Shown piece by piece: positions 30,707-39,795 of a stretch of DNA of 64,000 nucleotides; the stretch's first letter is position 1, and the number at the start of each line of letters is the position of its first letter. Below the pieces are notes generated by a model. It worked only from the letters and a program-made list of their open reading frames with translations. It was not told the origin of the DNA and made no database searches. This DNA is from Hadesarchaea archaeon (GTDB taxonomy: Archaea > Hadarchaeota > Hadarchaeia > Hadarchaeales > Hadarchaeaceae), in the NCBI GenBank assembly GCA_029259175.1, contig JAPDJH010000009.1:32001-96000 (forward strand), read 5' to 3'. A program made the position numbers and the translations under genes.

Positions 30707-31201
30707 ATGAACAAATCGAATGCTGACCAACGCGTGCTCCTCTACGATCCACAGCGTTGTACCGGTTGTCGTTGCTGCGAGATGGCGTGTGCCTATCAGA
30801 ACTTCGGCTCGCTCACGCCAATAAAAAGCCACATCCGGATAATCGCGAGCGAGGATGGAATCCACCGCGATGCCGTGTACTGCTGGCACTGCGAGGAACC
30901 GGTGTGTGCCGCGGCATGTCCGGTGGATGCGATAGAAAAGGACGAGCGCACGGGCTGGGTGCGGGTGAATCCGCTTAAATGCATCGGCTGTCGATCGTGC
31001 ACATATGCATGTCCTGTGGCTGCCGCATGGTTCGATGAAGATCGGCGGACGGCTGCGAAGTGCACCTTCTGTGACGGGGATCCGCTCTGTGCCCGTTTCT
31101 GCTCGCCACAAGCCATACGAGTCGCCACCCGAGCGGAGGCCTCAGCCGCGCTCAAACAAATTCTCGGAGGTGCCGCGAGTGGAGGCGGAACGAGTCCTTA
31201 A
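30707..31201 (+). CDS. 4x[4Fe-4S] electron-transfer protein (HycB/CooF/DmsB-like)
   Basis: CTGCRCCEMAC, CWHCEEPVCAAACP, CIGCRSCTYACP, KCTFC..C..C. Confidence 0.9.
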   Translation: MNKSNADQRVLLYDPQRCTGCRCCEMACAYQNFGSLTPIKSHIRIIASEDGIHRDAVYCWHCEEPVCAAACPVDAIEKDERTGWVRVNPLKCIGCRSCTYACPVAAAWFDEDRRTAAKCTFCDGDPLCARFCSPQAIRVATRAEASAALKQILGGAASGGGTSP

Positions 31202-31823
31202 AGCTGCTGGAGCAATCCAGGTGGTAAAAAAACGTGATCGAAAAGTGGAAGCCGCGATCAGGCCCGACCGTATACGGACGGTTGCAAGCAAGTTGTGTTC
31301 CCATGGCGCACGTTTCATCATCATTGCCGCGGCGGATTCGGGGCTCGATATCGACTTGATCTATCACTTTGATTTGGATGGGCTAGTAGTTGCTGTAAAA
31401 ACGAGAGTGCCTAAAGAGTCCCCAGAAATCGACTCAATAAAGGATATAGTGCCCGGAGCTGAATGGGCTGAGCGCGAAGCTTCAGATCTCTGCGGTGTAC
31501 GCTTCCGCGGGGGCACAAACGAGCCATTGGTTCTTCCCAAAGAGGGTGCTCTGGAGACTCCTCCTCTCACGCGAGCGTTTCGGGTGCTGCCAGCCGAGGT
31601 GGCCCCCGTGGCGGAGTCCATTGCGAGCGTTGGGGCAACAGCCCCGCTGACTTCGCTTATGGAGCGCCGACGCCAAGAGGCAGGACTCGAGGCCAAAGCA
31701 CCCATGGTCTACGCCACCGAAAAGGGGACTAAGGAATTGACAGAACTGATCAAGCAAGCCAGCTTCACCGAGCGCGGAGGGTTCGATCCCGAGCGTAAAA
31801 AGTTGAGAGGTGTGTACAAGTGA
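31179..31823 (+). CDS. NuoC/EchD-like hydrogenase subunit with C-terminal extension
   Basis: LIYHF, DSIKDIVPGAEWAEREASDLCGVRF; GGAGG upstream of GTG 31179. Confidence 0.8.
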   Translation: MEAERVLKAAGAIQVVKKRDRKVEAAIRPDRIRTVASKLCSHGARFIIIAAADSGLDIDLIYHFDLDGLVVAVKTRVPKESPEIDSIKDIVPGAEWAEREASDLCGVRFRGGTNEPLVLPKEGALETPPLTRAFRVLPAEVAPVAESIASVGATAPLTSLMERRRQEAGLEAKAPMVYATEKGTKELTELIKQASFTERGGFDPERKKLRGVYK

Positions 31824-32689
31824 AGGAGTACGCTGTCTACTGGGGCTGCATGATTCCTCATCGTCTGCCCTCGATAGAAATCGCGGCCAGATATGTGCTC
31901 GAAAAGCTTGGTGTTCGGGTGCGCGAGGTTGAAAACTACACTTGTTGCCCGGATCCGATCATTGGGCGATTTATCGATAGAAAAACTGCCCTGACACTTT
32001 CTGCACGCAATCTAGCACTGGCCGAAGAACTGGGTCCAGAACTTCTAGTTCTCTGTAATGGGTGCTTCGAGACACTGATCGAAGCCGTAGAGGCTCTGCA
32101 CGATGAAAACACGCGCACTGAAATTAACCAAATCCTAGAAAAAGTTGGCAGGAAATACCAAGGAGCTATACAAGTCCGCCACGTGGTAGAAGTGCTGCAC
32201 GACGATGTTGGGCTAAACCGGATAAAAGAGGTCGTTCAGAAGCCATCGAGGGTCAAGCTCGCCGTCCACTACGGATGTCACCTTTTCCGCGAACCCAATG
32301 GTGGGGACATCTGGAGGAAACCAAAACAATTCGAAGAGCTCCTGCGTGTGATCGGAGGCAATCCAGTACTGTGTGACCACAACAGGCTGTGCTGCGGTTT
32401 TCCGACGTCACATGTGGATCCGGAGTATTCGTTGCGCATGAATCTGTTGCCTAAGATGCGGTGCTACAAACAACTAAAAATAGAAGCTGTGGTTACTGTG
32501 TGTCCAGCATGCACCATTCAGATGGAAACTGGACAGCGCATGCTCCGCAAGTTTGGCTTGGAGACCTCCGTTCCGATAGTTCACTTGATGGAGCTCATGG
32601 CACTTGCTTTTGGAATGAGGCCCCAAGAGCTTTCGCTCAAGGTTCACCGCAGCCCCGTCGAGGATTTTGCTAGGAGGGTGTTCGGATGA
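31820..32689 (+). CDS. hdrB: Heterodisulfide reductase subunit B
   Basis: Two CCG domains: YWGC, TCCPDP, CNGC, HYGCH, LCCG, CPAC. Confidence 0.9.
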   Translation: MKEYAVYWGCMIPHRLPSIEIAARYVLEKLGVRVREVENYTCCPDPIIGRFIDRKTALTLSARNLALAEELGPELLVLCNGCFETLIEAVEALHDENTRTEINQILEKVGRKYQGAIQVRHVVEVLHDDVGLNRIKEVVQKPSRVKLAVHYGCHLFREPNGGDIWRKPKQFEELLRVIGGNPVLCDHNRLCCGFPTSHVDPEYSLRMNLLPKMRCYKQLKIEAVVTVCPACTIQMETGQRMLRKFGLETSVPIVHLMELMALAFGMRPQELSLKVHRSPVEDFARRVFG

Positions 32690-33819
32690 GCGAAATCGCG
32701 CGCTACGGTCCATATCATCCCATCCACCTTGAGCCGGAGGTCTACGAGGTTCATGTTCGCGAAGGCAGGATTTCGGATGTACGTATCGAGCAGGGCTTCA
32801 CTCACCGGGGGATTGAGCGCCTTCTAGAGCAGCAGTCAGTGAAGCACGGGGTTCTCTTGGCAGAACGGGTCTGCGGATTGTGCTCTCAGGCCCATGCGGA
32901 GGCCTACTGCACTGCGGTGGAAAACACGCTCAAAATCGAGCCGCCGGAGCGTGCGGCACATATTCGAACGCTTGCTTTCGAGCTCGATCGAATCCATAGC
33001 CACCTCATGTGGTTCGTGCTTTTGTTTCACTCCGTGCGCGACACTGAGGCATTAACCGTGGTGCTGAACCGGCGAGAACGGCTGATGGATCTAATCGAAT
33101 CGCTGTTCGGGAATCGGGTTCACTTCTCCATCAACACTCCGGGTGGGGTAAAACGTGACTTGCCCGCAGATGCGGATCAGCTTGTGCGCCGAACGATGGA
33201 GCACGTGCGCAATCTCGCAGATTTCGTGAAAAACAAGGTAGAAGCGCACTCGCAACGACTGAGTGGAATCGGTGTATTGCCAAAAGAGAAAGCTAGAGCT
33301 TACGGGGTTGTAGGACCTGTGCTCCGCGGGTCGGGGATCGCCAGCGACATAAGGCGGGACGATCCGTATCTGATCTATGACGAATTGGAGTTTGACATCC
33401 CGACGGAGGACTCCTGTGACGTACTGGGACGAACGCGTGTGCGGGTTGCCGAGCTCTACGAGTCCATCCGGATAGTTGAGCAGACCGTGAAAAGAATGCC
33501 GGTAGGCGAACTCTCGGTGGAGTTCCCATTCCCGTTGACCAATGAGGACTGCGGGCGAGTGGAGGCTCCCCGTGGAGAGCTCATCTACTTCGCGCGGCTG
33601 AGGGGGACCAGCTTTCCGGATCGTGTGAAGCTCAGACCGCCCACCTATGTCAACGACCCAGCCGTCGCCGAGATGCTCAAAGGAGAACCACTTGAAAATC
33701 TGCCGCTAGTCCTCGAGAGCATCGACCGCTGCATTTCATGCACTAATCGCGTGACAGTAATTGATGAACAAAACGGGCATGTCAAAAAAATCTCGCTGGA
33801 GGATCTGGTGCGATGGTAG
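32686..33819 (+). CDS. Group 4 NiFe hydrogenase large subunit
   Basis: GPYHP, HRGIE, L1 ERVCGLC, EAPRGE, L2 DRCISCTNR plus C-terminal extension. Confidence 0.9.
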   Translation: MSEIARYGPYHPIHLEPEVYEVHVREGRISDVRIEQGFTHRGIERLLEQQSVKHGVLLAERVCGLCSQAHAEAYCTAVENTLKIEPPERAAHIRTLAFELDRIHSHLMWFVLLFHSVRDTEALTVVLNRRERLMDLIESLFGNRVHFSINTPGGVKRDLPADADQLVRRTMEHVRNLADFVKNKVEAHSQRLSGIGVLPKEKARAYGVVGPVLRGSGIASDIRRDDPYLIYDELEFDIPTEDSCDVLGRTRVRVAELYESIRIVEQTVKRMPVGELSVEFPFPLTNEDCGRVEAPRGELIYFARLRGTSFPDRVKLRPPTYVNDPAVAEMLKGEPLENLPLVLESIDRCISCTNRVTVIDEQNGHVKKISLEDLVRW

Positions 33820-34670
33820 ATGAGCTCCGAGTATATCGGTTCAACGCGGGGTCGTGCAACGGTTGTGATATTGAGGTCGTCAGTGCTCTAGCGGAGCACT
33901 ACGGTCTTCAAAACGTCCGGGTGGTAGAAGAGGTGGAAGAGGCAAACACCATGGTAGTTGTGGGTGTCGTAACGACGAAGACCGAGTCCCATCTGAGAGC
34001 AGCTTATGAAAAACTCCAAGATCCCAAGCTCGTTATTGCCGTGGGGACGTGTGCCGTTTCGAGTGGAGTGTTCGATGGCTCCTACAGTGTCCGGAATCCG
34101 CCTGAGACATACATCCCAGTGAGAGCATATCTAAACGGGTGCCCCCCTAGCCCTCACTCGATCGTCTCAGCTCTCCGCGCCCTTATGGCCCGCCAAGACT
34201 CCGAGTGGACAGCGCCCAAGGGCTACAGGGGATTGCCGGTGGTCGATGCCGAGAAATGCACCGCGTGCGGAGCTTGCGCTATCGCCTGTCCCGCTAGCGC
34301 TATCGAAATCGAAGAAGCCGACGAAGGCAAAATCGTGCGCTACTTGCACGATCGCTGCATCAGTTGTGCCACCTGCGAGCTCGTGTGTCCGGAGGACGCG
34401 GTGAGGCTGAAGGAAGAGCGTCATCCGCTGGTGGCGGAACGAGAAAAAGCTAGGGTGGAAACGAAGTTCACAACGGTGCAGTGCCCGGTGTGTGGTAGTG
34501 GGCACATAACGGAACGGCATCTGGACGTGATTGTTGAACGGCTGAAAGAAAAAGAGGCGCTGAAAGCCGCTGCTCAGGAACTGCGCGAGCGATCGAAGCT
34601 CGAGAGGACTTGCAAGATAAGGCAGTTGGCTGTGGGCAAGCAATTGCTTTTTAAGCTCGGCTATGGATAA
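33813..34670 (+). CDS. Hydrogenase small subunit (NuoB-like) fused to a 2x[4Fe-4S] NuoI-like domain
   Basis: GSCNGCDIE, GTCA, GCPP; CTACGACAIACP, CISCATCELVCP. Confidence 0.9.
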   Translation: MVDELRVYRFNAGSCNGCDIEVVSALAEHYGLQNVRVVEEVEEANTMVVVGVVTTKTESHLRAAYEKLQDPKLVIAVGTCAVSSGVFDGSYSVRNPPETYIPVRAYLNGCPPSPHSIVSALRALMARQDSEWTAPKGYRGLPVVDAEKCTACGACAIACPASAIEIEEADEGKIVRYLHDRCISCATCELVCPEDAVRLKEERHPLVAEREKARVETKFTTVQCPVCGSGHITERHLDVIVERLKEKEALKAAAQELRERSKLERTCKIRQLAVGKQLLFKLGYG

Positions 34671-34699
34671 TCCATTTTGCGGCTGGGGGGAAGGACGAG

Positions 34700-35731
34700 A
34701 TGGCTCTCAAAACCGCTCGATCGCTTTTCGATCTTGTTGGAAATACTCCTCTTATCCGGATCAACAAGATACCCGAGCGCTGGGGGTTCGGAGATCTGGA
34801 ACTCTACGGTAAGGCCGAGTTCATGAACCCCTCGGGTAGTCTCAAAGATCGTATCATCGCCAAAATCCTTTCGCAGGCAATGAAGGACGGCAGGTTGAAA
34901 CCGGGGATGACCATAGTGGAGAGCACGACGGGAAATACTGGGATCTCCACTGCCATGTTCGGTGCCCACCTGGGGCTGAAAGTCATGATTGTGATTCCGG
35001 CGGGCATGAGCGCTGAGCGGATGAAGACGTTGAAGGCCTTTGGGGCTGAAATCGTTCACGTTCCGGGAGGGGAATCGGATGTGGACTTGGCTGTGGAAAA
35101 GGCACGGGAGATCGCGAGGTCCGATCCGGATCGCTACTTTTTCGTTGACCAGTTCAACAATCCGGCCAACGCGGAGGCTCACTACGAAACCACGGGGCCG
35201 GAGATATGGGAGCAAATGGGGGGTAGGATAGATGCTTTCGTTGCGACCGCGGGGACCGGGGGAACCATCACGGGGGTCGGGAGGTATCTGAAGGAGCGGA
35301 ACCCGCGCGTCAAGGTCTATGTCGCTGAGCCGGCCGAGTGCCCGCTGCTTTCCAAGCAGCGCTGGGGCAGCCACAGGATTGAAGGTATCGGGGACGGTTT
35401 CATTCCGTCGATTCTGGATCTCTCCGTTCTGGACGGGGTCATCACGGTGTCGTCCGATGAGGCGATCGAGATGACCCAGCAGCTGATCCGGGAGGAAGGG
35501 CTTTTCGTCGGGATCTCGAGCGGGGCCAATGTCAAGTGCTGTTTGAAGCTCCACCGGCGGCACCCTGAGCTCAGGCGGGTTGTGACCATGCTCAACGACC
35601 ACGCGTTCAGGTACTTCTCCACGCGGCTTTTCGGTGTGAGAAAGGAGCTGAAGGTCCCGGAGCGGCCCCATCCGATCAGCGTCACCCCCGAACAGCGAAG
35701 ACATCTCTCGCGGCTGGAAATCATCGAGTAA
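34700..35731 (+). CDS. cysK: PLP-dependent cysteine synthase family protein
   Basis: VGNTPL, NPSGSLKDR, TTGNTG, GTGGT, IEGIG, GISSGA. Confidence 0.85.
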   Translation: MALKTARSLFDLVGNTPLIRINKIPERWGFGDLELYGKAEFMNPSGSLKDRIIAKILSQAMKDGRLKPGMTIVESTTGNTGISTAMFGAHLGLKVMIVIPAGMSAERMKTLKAFGAEIVHVPGGESDVDLAVEKAREIARSDPDRYFFVDQFNNPANAEAHYETTGPEIWEQMGGRIDAFVATAGTGGTITGVGRYLKERNPRVKVYVAEPAECPLLSKQRWGSHRIEGIGDGFIPSILDLSVLDGVITVSSDEAIEMTQQLIREEGLFVGISSGANVKCCLKLHRRHPELRRVVTMLNDHAFRYFSTRLFGVRKELKVPERPHPISVTPEQRRHLSRLEIIE

Positions 35732-35871
35732 AAAACGTACGGGATGCTGACTCAAATTGCCTGAGGAGTCGATTGGCCACTGTACCATTTTTTTCAGATT
35801 TCGAAACGTCCGCAAACCACAGTCCCGTCAGCGATGGGGCTTAATACCGGGCGCTGCTTATCTTTTTCTGG

Positions 35872-35998
35872 GCCGGGGTAGCTCAGATGGTTAGAGCGCC
35901 AGACTCATAGCCTCGAAGCGCGGCTGTGAGTGCTGATCCCGCGAGATGATGGGTGAGAAATCTGGAGGTCGCGGGTTCGAGTCCCGCCCCCGGCACCA
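35872..35998 (+). tRNA. tRNA-Met(CAT), elongator type, with a 50-nt intron (35910-35959) at position 37/38
   Basis: GCCGGGG/CCCCGGC acceptor stem plus ACCA; CCAGA-CTCATA[intron]A-TCTGG; GCGGG-TTCGAGT-CCCGC. Confidence 0.92.
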
Positions 35999-36059
35999 TC
36001 CCGCTCACAAAACCATATCACCGTTTAAAAGAGGAAGAACTTTTGTTCACCAAGTGGAC

Positions 36060-37163
36060 TCATTCGCGTAAAACCTTCTGCAAAAACGGAAGTGAGACCA
36101 GCCCCACAACAACAAACATCAGAAACGGTGCCGAAGGACCACACCAGTCAGCGATGACCCCACCAACGCCCGGGAAGATACCCCACCCGGCCATGCCCAC
36201 GGAGTTGAAGATCCCCAGCACTAGCCCTGGACTGCTTCGCTCACCGAGCTTCGAAATGCTGCTGACCACCGCAGGGTAGACTGCACCCTCGGCCACGGCC
36301 AAAAGTAAAGAAAACAGTAGCAACACCGGGTAGGTGGTCGCAAGGGCGAGACCCAGCGAGACGAACGCGGACGCGCCTATACTCGCCACGATCATCCGCT
36401 TGGCCCCGAAGCGATCCGAGAGACCGCCGAGCGGTGCGAACACCACTCCTCTCACCACGGTAAACACAGTTATCAGCGTGCTGGCCTCGAACTCCGTGAG
36501 GCCCAGATCCACTACAGCATACGCTGGCAATAAGGTATGAAAAATCGCGACCACTCCGATGTAGATCAGAGTGGCAAAACACAGTGGAAGCAAGCGGACA
36601 AAATCGGGTCGTTTCAATACCCTGCGCGGCGGCTTGAACTCGGTCATCAGAACCGGAATTACCGAGCAGATTGCTAGCGCGGCGCTCCACAAGAAAACCC
36701 AACGAGCACCAAACTCGGGATAAGCCCATCCAGCAAATATCGGACCGATACCAAACGCTGCGGCCCACGACGTCCCATAGAGACCCATAGCACGGCCGCG
36801 TTCGTGCTCGCCGGACAACTCGGCAATGGCCGTCTGCATGTTGACCCACACAGGTGCCTCAGCCAACCCCTGATAGAGCCGGACGAGCAAAAGCTGGGTC
36901 ACGGAGCTGCAGAAGGTATAGAGATAGAAGGAGAATGAGGTCATGACATAACCAAGAACAATGAACCGTCTGCGGCCAAAGCGATCACCCAGCACGCCCG
37001 CTGGAATGGAAAAGATCACGTCAAAAATCACATACATCGTGCCTATTAGACCGATCTCTGTGTATGACGCCCCCAGCTCCTTCGCAGCATAGATGGGGAG
37101 CAACAGCGCCACCGCTCCCATCGCGAGAGATACCAAAAAGCTGCCGATAAGCAGACGGCGCAT
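36060..37163 (-). CDS. MFS transporter
   Basis: About 12 TM; GVLGDRFGRR and GGLSDRFGAK motif A. Confidence 0.9.
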   Translation of the reverse strand: MRRLLIGSFLVSLAMGAVALLLPIYAAKELGASYTEIGLIGTMYVIFDVIFSIPAGVLGDRFGRRRFIVLGYVMTSFSFYLYTFCSSVTQLLLVRLYQGLAEAPVWVNMQTAIAELSGEHERGRAMGLYGTSWAAAFGIGPIFAGWAYPEFGARWVFLWSAALAICSVIPVLMTEFKPPRRVLKRPDFVRLLPLCFATLIYIGVVAIFHTLLPAYAVVDLGLTEFEASTLITVFTVVRGVVFAPLGGLSDRFGAKRMIVASIGASAFVSLGLALATTYPVLLLFSLLLAVAEGAVYPAVVSSISKLGERSSPGLVLGIFNSVGMAGWGIFPGVGGVIADWCGPSAPFLMFVVVGLVSLPFLQKVLRE

Positions 37164-37215
37164 CACACCAATCTTTCCCGTTAGGTTAATACGTTTTTGA
37201 ATCCATTCTCTCACG

Positions 37216-37893
37216 ATGTTGAAAACACCCATTGTGGTGGTGAACTTCAAGACTTATCCCGAGTCCACCGGCGAACGCGCGGTTCAGCTGGCAAAAATTA
37301 TCGAACAGGTTGCACAGGATTACTCAGCGTCGGTTGCAGTGTGCCCACAACACGCTGACATATACCGGGTGTCCAGAGAAGTGAGTATTCCAGTTCTGGC
37401 ACAACACGTAGATCCCCTCAAGCCCGGGCGAAACACCGGGTGGGTAACGCCCGCATCCGTAAAAGCGGCGGGGGCTGTGGGAACGCTGATTAACCACTCC
37501 GAGCACAAGATTCCACACGACCAAGTAAAGCAAGTGGTGGATCTCTGCCGAAGCAAAGAGCTAGTCACCATCGTGTGCACGGCCGATGTGGAGGAGAGCA
37601 AAGGGCTGGCGGCACATTCGCCGGATTTCATAGCGGTAGAGCCTCCTGAGCTCATCGGGACCGGAATACCGGTGTCTAAAGCCAAACCGGAAATCGTGAG
37701 CGGTTCAGTAAAAGCCATTCAAGAGGTGAATTCATCTGTTCAAGTGCTGTGTGGGGCAGGAATAACTACCGGAGAAGACGTTGCGAAAGCTGTAGAACTC
37801 GGAACCGTGGGTGTGCTCGTCGCCTCAGGCATTGTGCGAGCAAAGGATCAGCGCGCAGCCATCGAAGACATGGTTCGCGCTCTCCCGAAGTGA
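37216..37893 (+). CDS. tpiA: Triosephosphate isomerase (archaeal type)
   Basis: VNFKTY, INHSE, AVEPPELIG, LCGAGI, GVLVASG. Confidence 0.95.
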   Translation: MLKTPIVVVNFKTYPESTGERAVQLAKIIEQVAQDYSASVAVCPQHADIYRVSREVSIPVLAQHVDPLKPGRNTGWVTPASVKAAGAVGTLINHSEHKIPHDQVKQVVDLCRSKELVTIVCTADVEESKGLAAHSPDFIAVEPPELIGTGIPVSKAKPEIVSGSVKAIQEVNSSVQVLCGAGITTGEDVAKAVELGTVGVLVASGIVRAKDQRAAIEDMVRALPK

Positions 37894-37926
37894 TTTTAAG
37901 ACTGTTCGCTACCCAAGGAGAATTGG

Positions 37927-38001
37927 GCCGCCGTAGCTGAGCCTGGTTACAGCGGCCGCCTTGTAAGCGGCAGATCGTGGGTTCAAATCCCACCGGCGGC
38001 T
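37927..38001 (+). tRNA. tRNA-Thr(TGT), CCA not encoded
   Basis: GCCGCCG/CGGCGGC acceptor stem; GCCGC-CTTGTAA-GCGGC; GTGGG-TTCAAAT-CCCAC. Confidence 0.95.
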
Positions 38002-38003
38002 CA

Positions 38004-38234
38004 TTACAACTTCTCCAACAGCTCAAAGAACCTCTCTCGGGTAAGCTCCGCCTCCCGGATTATCGCCCGCACGAGCGCTGGCTTGATCTCCCTATCCGGA
38101 TGGACCGGGATAACGGTACGCACGTTCTCTTTCATCAGGATAACGTGGGGACCCTTCCTCCTAACAATTCGAAATCCTTCATGGATCAATATCTTGATGA
38201 GCTTCTCAGCTGGAACAGGCCCGATTTTAGGCAT
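38004..38234 (-). CDS. hicA: HicA-family toxin
   Basis: 76 aa, GFRIVRRKGPHVIL, TVIPVH, AIIREAEL. Confidence 0.85.
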   Translation of the reverse strand: MPKIGPVPAEKLIKILIHEGFRIVRRKGPHVILMKENVRTVIPVHPDREIKPALVRAIIREAELTRERFFELLEKL

Positions 38235-38466
38235 GAACCTCTACTTTTTGTAATCCAACAACTGACTGCGCCATTTTGAGAACTTCTGATTTCTCCTCTT
38301 CATCAAGGGTTTCCAAGTAGAGTTCGATTGCCTCCTCAACATTTTTCATCAACTCTTCGAGCGTTTCGCCTTGCGTGTGGCACCCTGGCAGGGAAGGAAC
38401 AAACGCCACGTAACCGCCCGTCTCATCCTTTTGAACCACTACATCGAACATCAATCTCTTGGCCAT
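38227..38466 (-). CDS. hicB: HicB-family antitoxin
   Basis: GGYVAFVPSLPGCHTQGETLEE..NVEEAIELYL. Confidence 0.9.
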   Translation of the reverse strand: MAKRLMFDVVVQKDETGGYVAFVPSLPGCHTQGETLEELMKNVEEAIELYLETLDEEEKSEVLKMAQSVVGLQKVEVHA

Positions 38467-38573
38467 GTCTTTCCCAACCACTCTATGTAAACCAGAGTAT
38501 AAAATCTATGGGAAGTTCCAGCACGAGCAATCGTCCGTGTTTGACAAGCAGTAGGGAATAGACAAGAGGAATC

Positions 38574-38613
38574 TCTGTCCTTCCTCTTTCATTAAGACCA
38601 CCGGCGGCTCCAC
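38574..38613 (+). repeat. Cassette boundary repeat R1 (arm plus tRNA-Thr 3' end)
   Basis: TCTGTCCTTCCTCTTTCATTAAGA-CCACCGGCGGCTCCAC. Confidence 0.85.
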
Positions 38614-38656
38614 GAACACAGTAAATTATTTAAATTTTGAAACAATTGTTTTAAAT

Positions 38657-39205
38657 ATGAAACATCTAGACGAAAAGGCTTTGAAGGTGCTCACCTACTT
38701 CTTTGAGAACCCGCGAGAAGAAGTTTACCTGCGGGAACTGGCACGCCGGCTACGGATGAGCCCAGCAACTGTTATGCGAGCCCTACGTCTCCTCATTAGA
38801 GAAGGCTTGATAACCAAGCGCCCGGAGAAGCACGCCACCTATTTCAAGGCCAACCTTAACCCATACTTCAGAGAGTTGAAGAAAGCGCATACGGTTTCCA
38901 AAGTCTTGCGCTCCGGAATTCTTGAACTCATCAACGAGAAATCGGTAGGTCTAAGTTCAATACTGCTCTACGGGAGCGCCGCTAAAGGCGAAGACGATCG
39001 GGGAAGCGACTACGACTTTCTGGTGATTGCCGCAAGATGCGCCCTGAGAAGCAGTGAACTCTCGAAACTTCTAGGGAGAGAGGCCACCCTACAGGTCTTC
39101 GACGTGGCGGGCTGGAAACGAGTAGCAAAGCGAAACCGAGCATTCTACCTAGACGTTATAAGCAATTCCATTGTCCTTTATGGTGGAAAGCCGGTGATCG
39201 ATTGA
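38657..39205 (+). CDS. wHTH + minimal nucleotidyltransferase (MNT) antitoxin
   Basis: YLRELARRLRMSPATV HTH; LYGSAAKG...SDYDFLV. Confidence 0.85.
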   Translation: MKHLDEKALKVLTYFFENPREEVYLRELARRLRMSPATVMRALRLLIREGLITKRPEKHATYFKANLNPYFRELKKAHTVSKVLRSGILELINEKSVGLSSILLYGSAAKGEDDRGSDYDFLVIAARCALRSSELSKLLGREATLQVFDVAGWKRVAKRNRAFYLDVISNSIVLYGGKPVID

Positions 39206-39642
39206 CGCTTAGGGATTGTCTTGCGCAAAGGAAGTTGCGCAGGATACGGCCGGATCCGCTCAAAGCCCGCAAATCGCTGGAAGCTGCGTCTGCAAAACTG
39301 AAAAAGGCCAAGGAACTCCTCGCCGATGAGCATTACGATGCAACCCTTCTGTACGCGTACACGAGCATGTTCAGCTCGGGAAGAGCTCTCCTTTACAAGG
39401 ACGGCATCCAAGAGAAATCCCACTACTGTTTGGCTAGGTATCTAGAGGAGAGGTACGTGAAGAGAGGAAAGTTGAATCCAAAGATCATCACCTTCCTCGA
39501 CTCTTTCCGTGAGGAGCGGCACGCGATAATGTATGGGTTCGAGGAGGTTGAAATCCGGCGCGAAGAGGCTGAGGAAGCCATCTCGGTTGCGGAAGAATTC
39601 CTTGGGAGAGCTAAAGAACTCGTGGGTAAGCGTACGCGCTGA
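39202..39642 (+). CDS. HEPN-domain toxin
   Basis: AYTSMFSSGRALL, KSH, REERHAIMY; start overlaps the MNT stop. Confidence 0.85.
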   Translation: MTLRDCLAQRKLRRIRPDPLKARKSLEAASAKLKKAKELLADEHYDATLLYAYTSMFSSGRALLYKDGIQEKSHYCLARYLEERYVKRGKLNPKIITFLDSFREERHAIMYGFEEVEIRREEAEEAISVAEEFLGRAKELVGKRTR

Positions 39643-39690
39643 ATGAAGAAGCTTGCTATTGCTTATCGTCTTTGGTTCTCTGCCGTGGTT

Positions 39691-39733
39691 TCTGTCCTTA
39701 TACTTTTGATAGGAAGCCCACTAGTGGCTCCAC
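39691..39733 (+). repeat. Cassette boundary repeat R2 (degenerate)
   Basis: TCTGTCCTTATACTTTTGATAGGAAG-CCCACTAGTGGCTCCAC. Confidence 0.7.
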
Positions 39734-39795
39734 TATATTTTTTAATAAATAGTTAACTTAATATATAGTTAAGTTTTAGGAATAACGGTGTTGAG

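Noticed and set aside
30707-34670. Selenocysteine recoding in the hydrogenase or HdrB genes
   Set aside because: All ligand positions are Cys and no in-frame TGA is needed
35740-35836. Hammerhead-like core words (CTGAGGA ... CGAAAC ... GTC)
   Set aside because: Stems I and II do not pair properly next to the core
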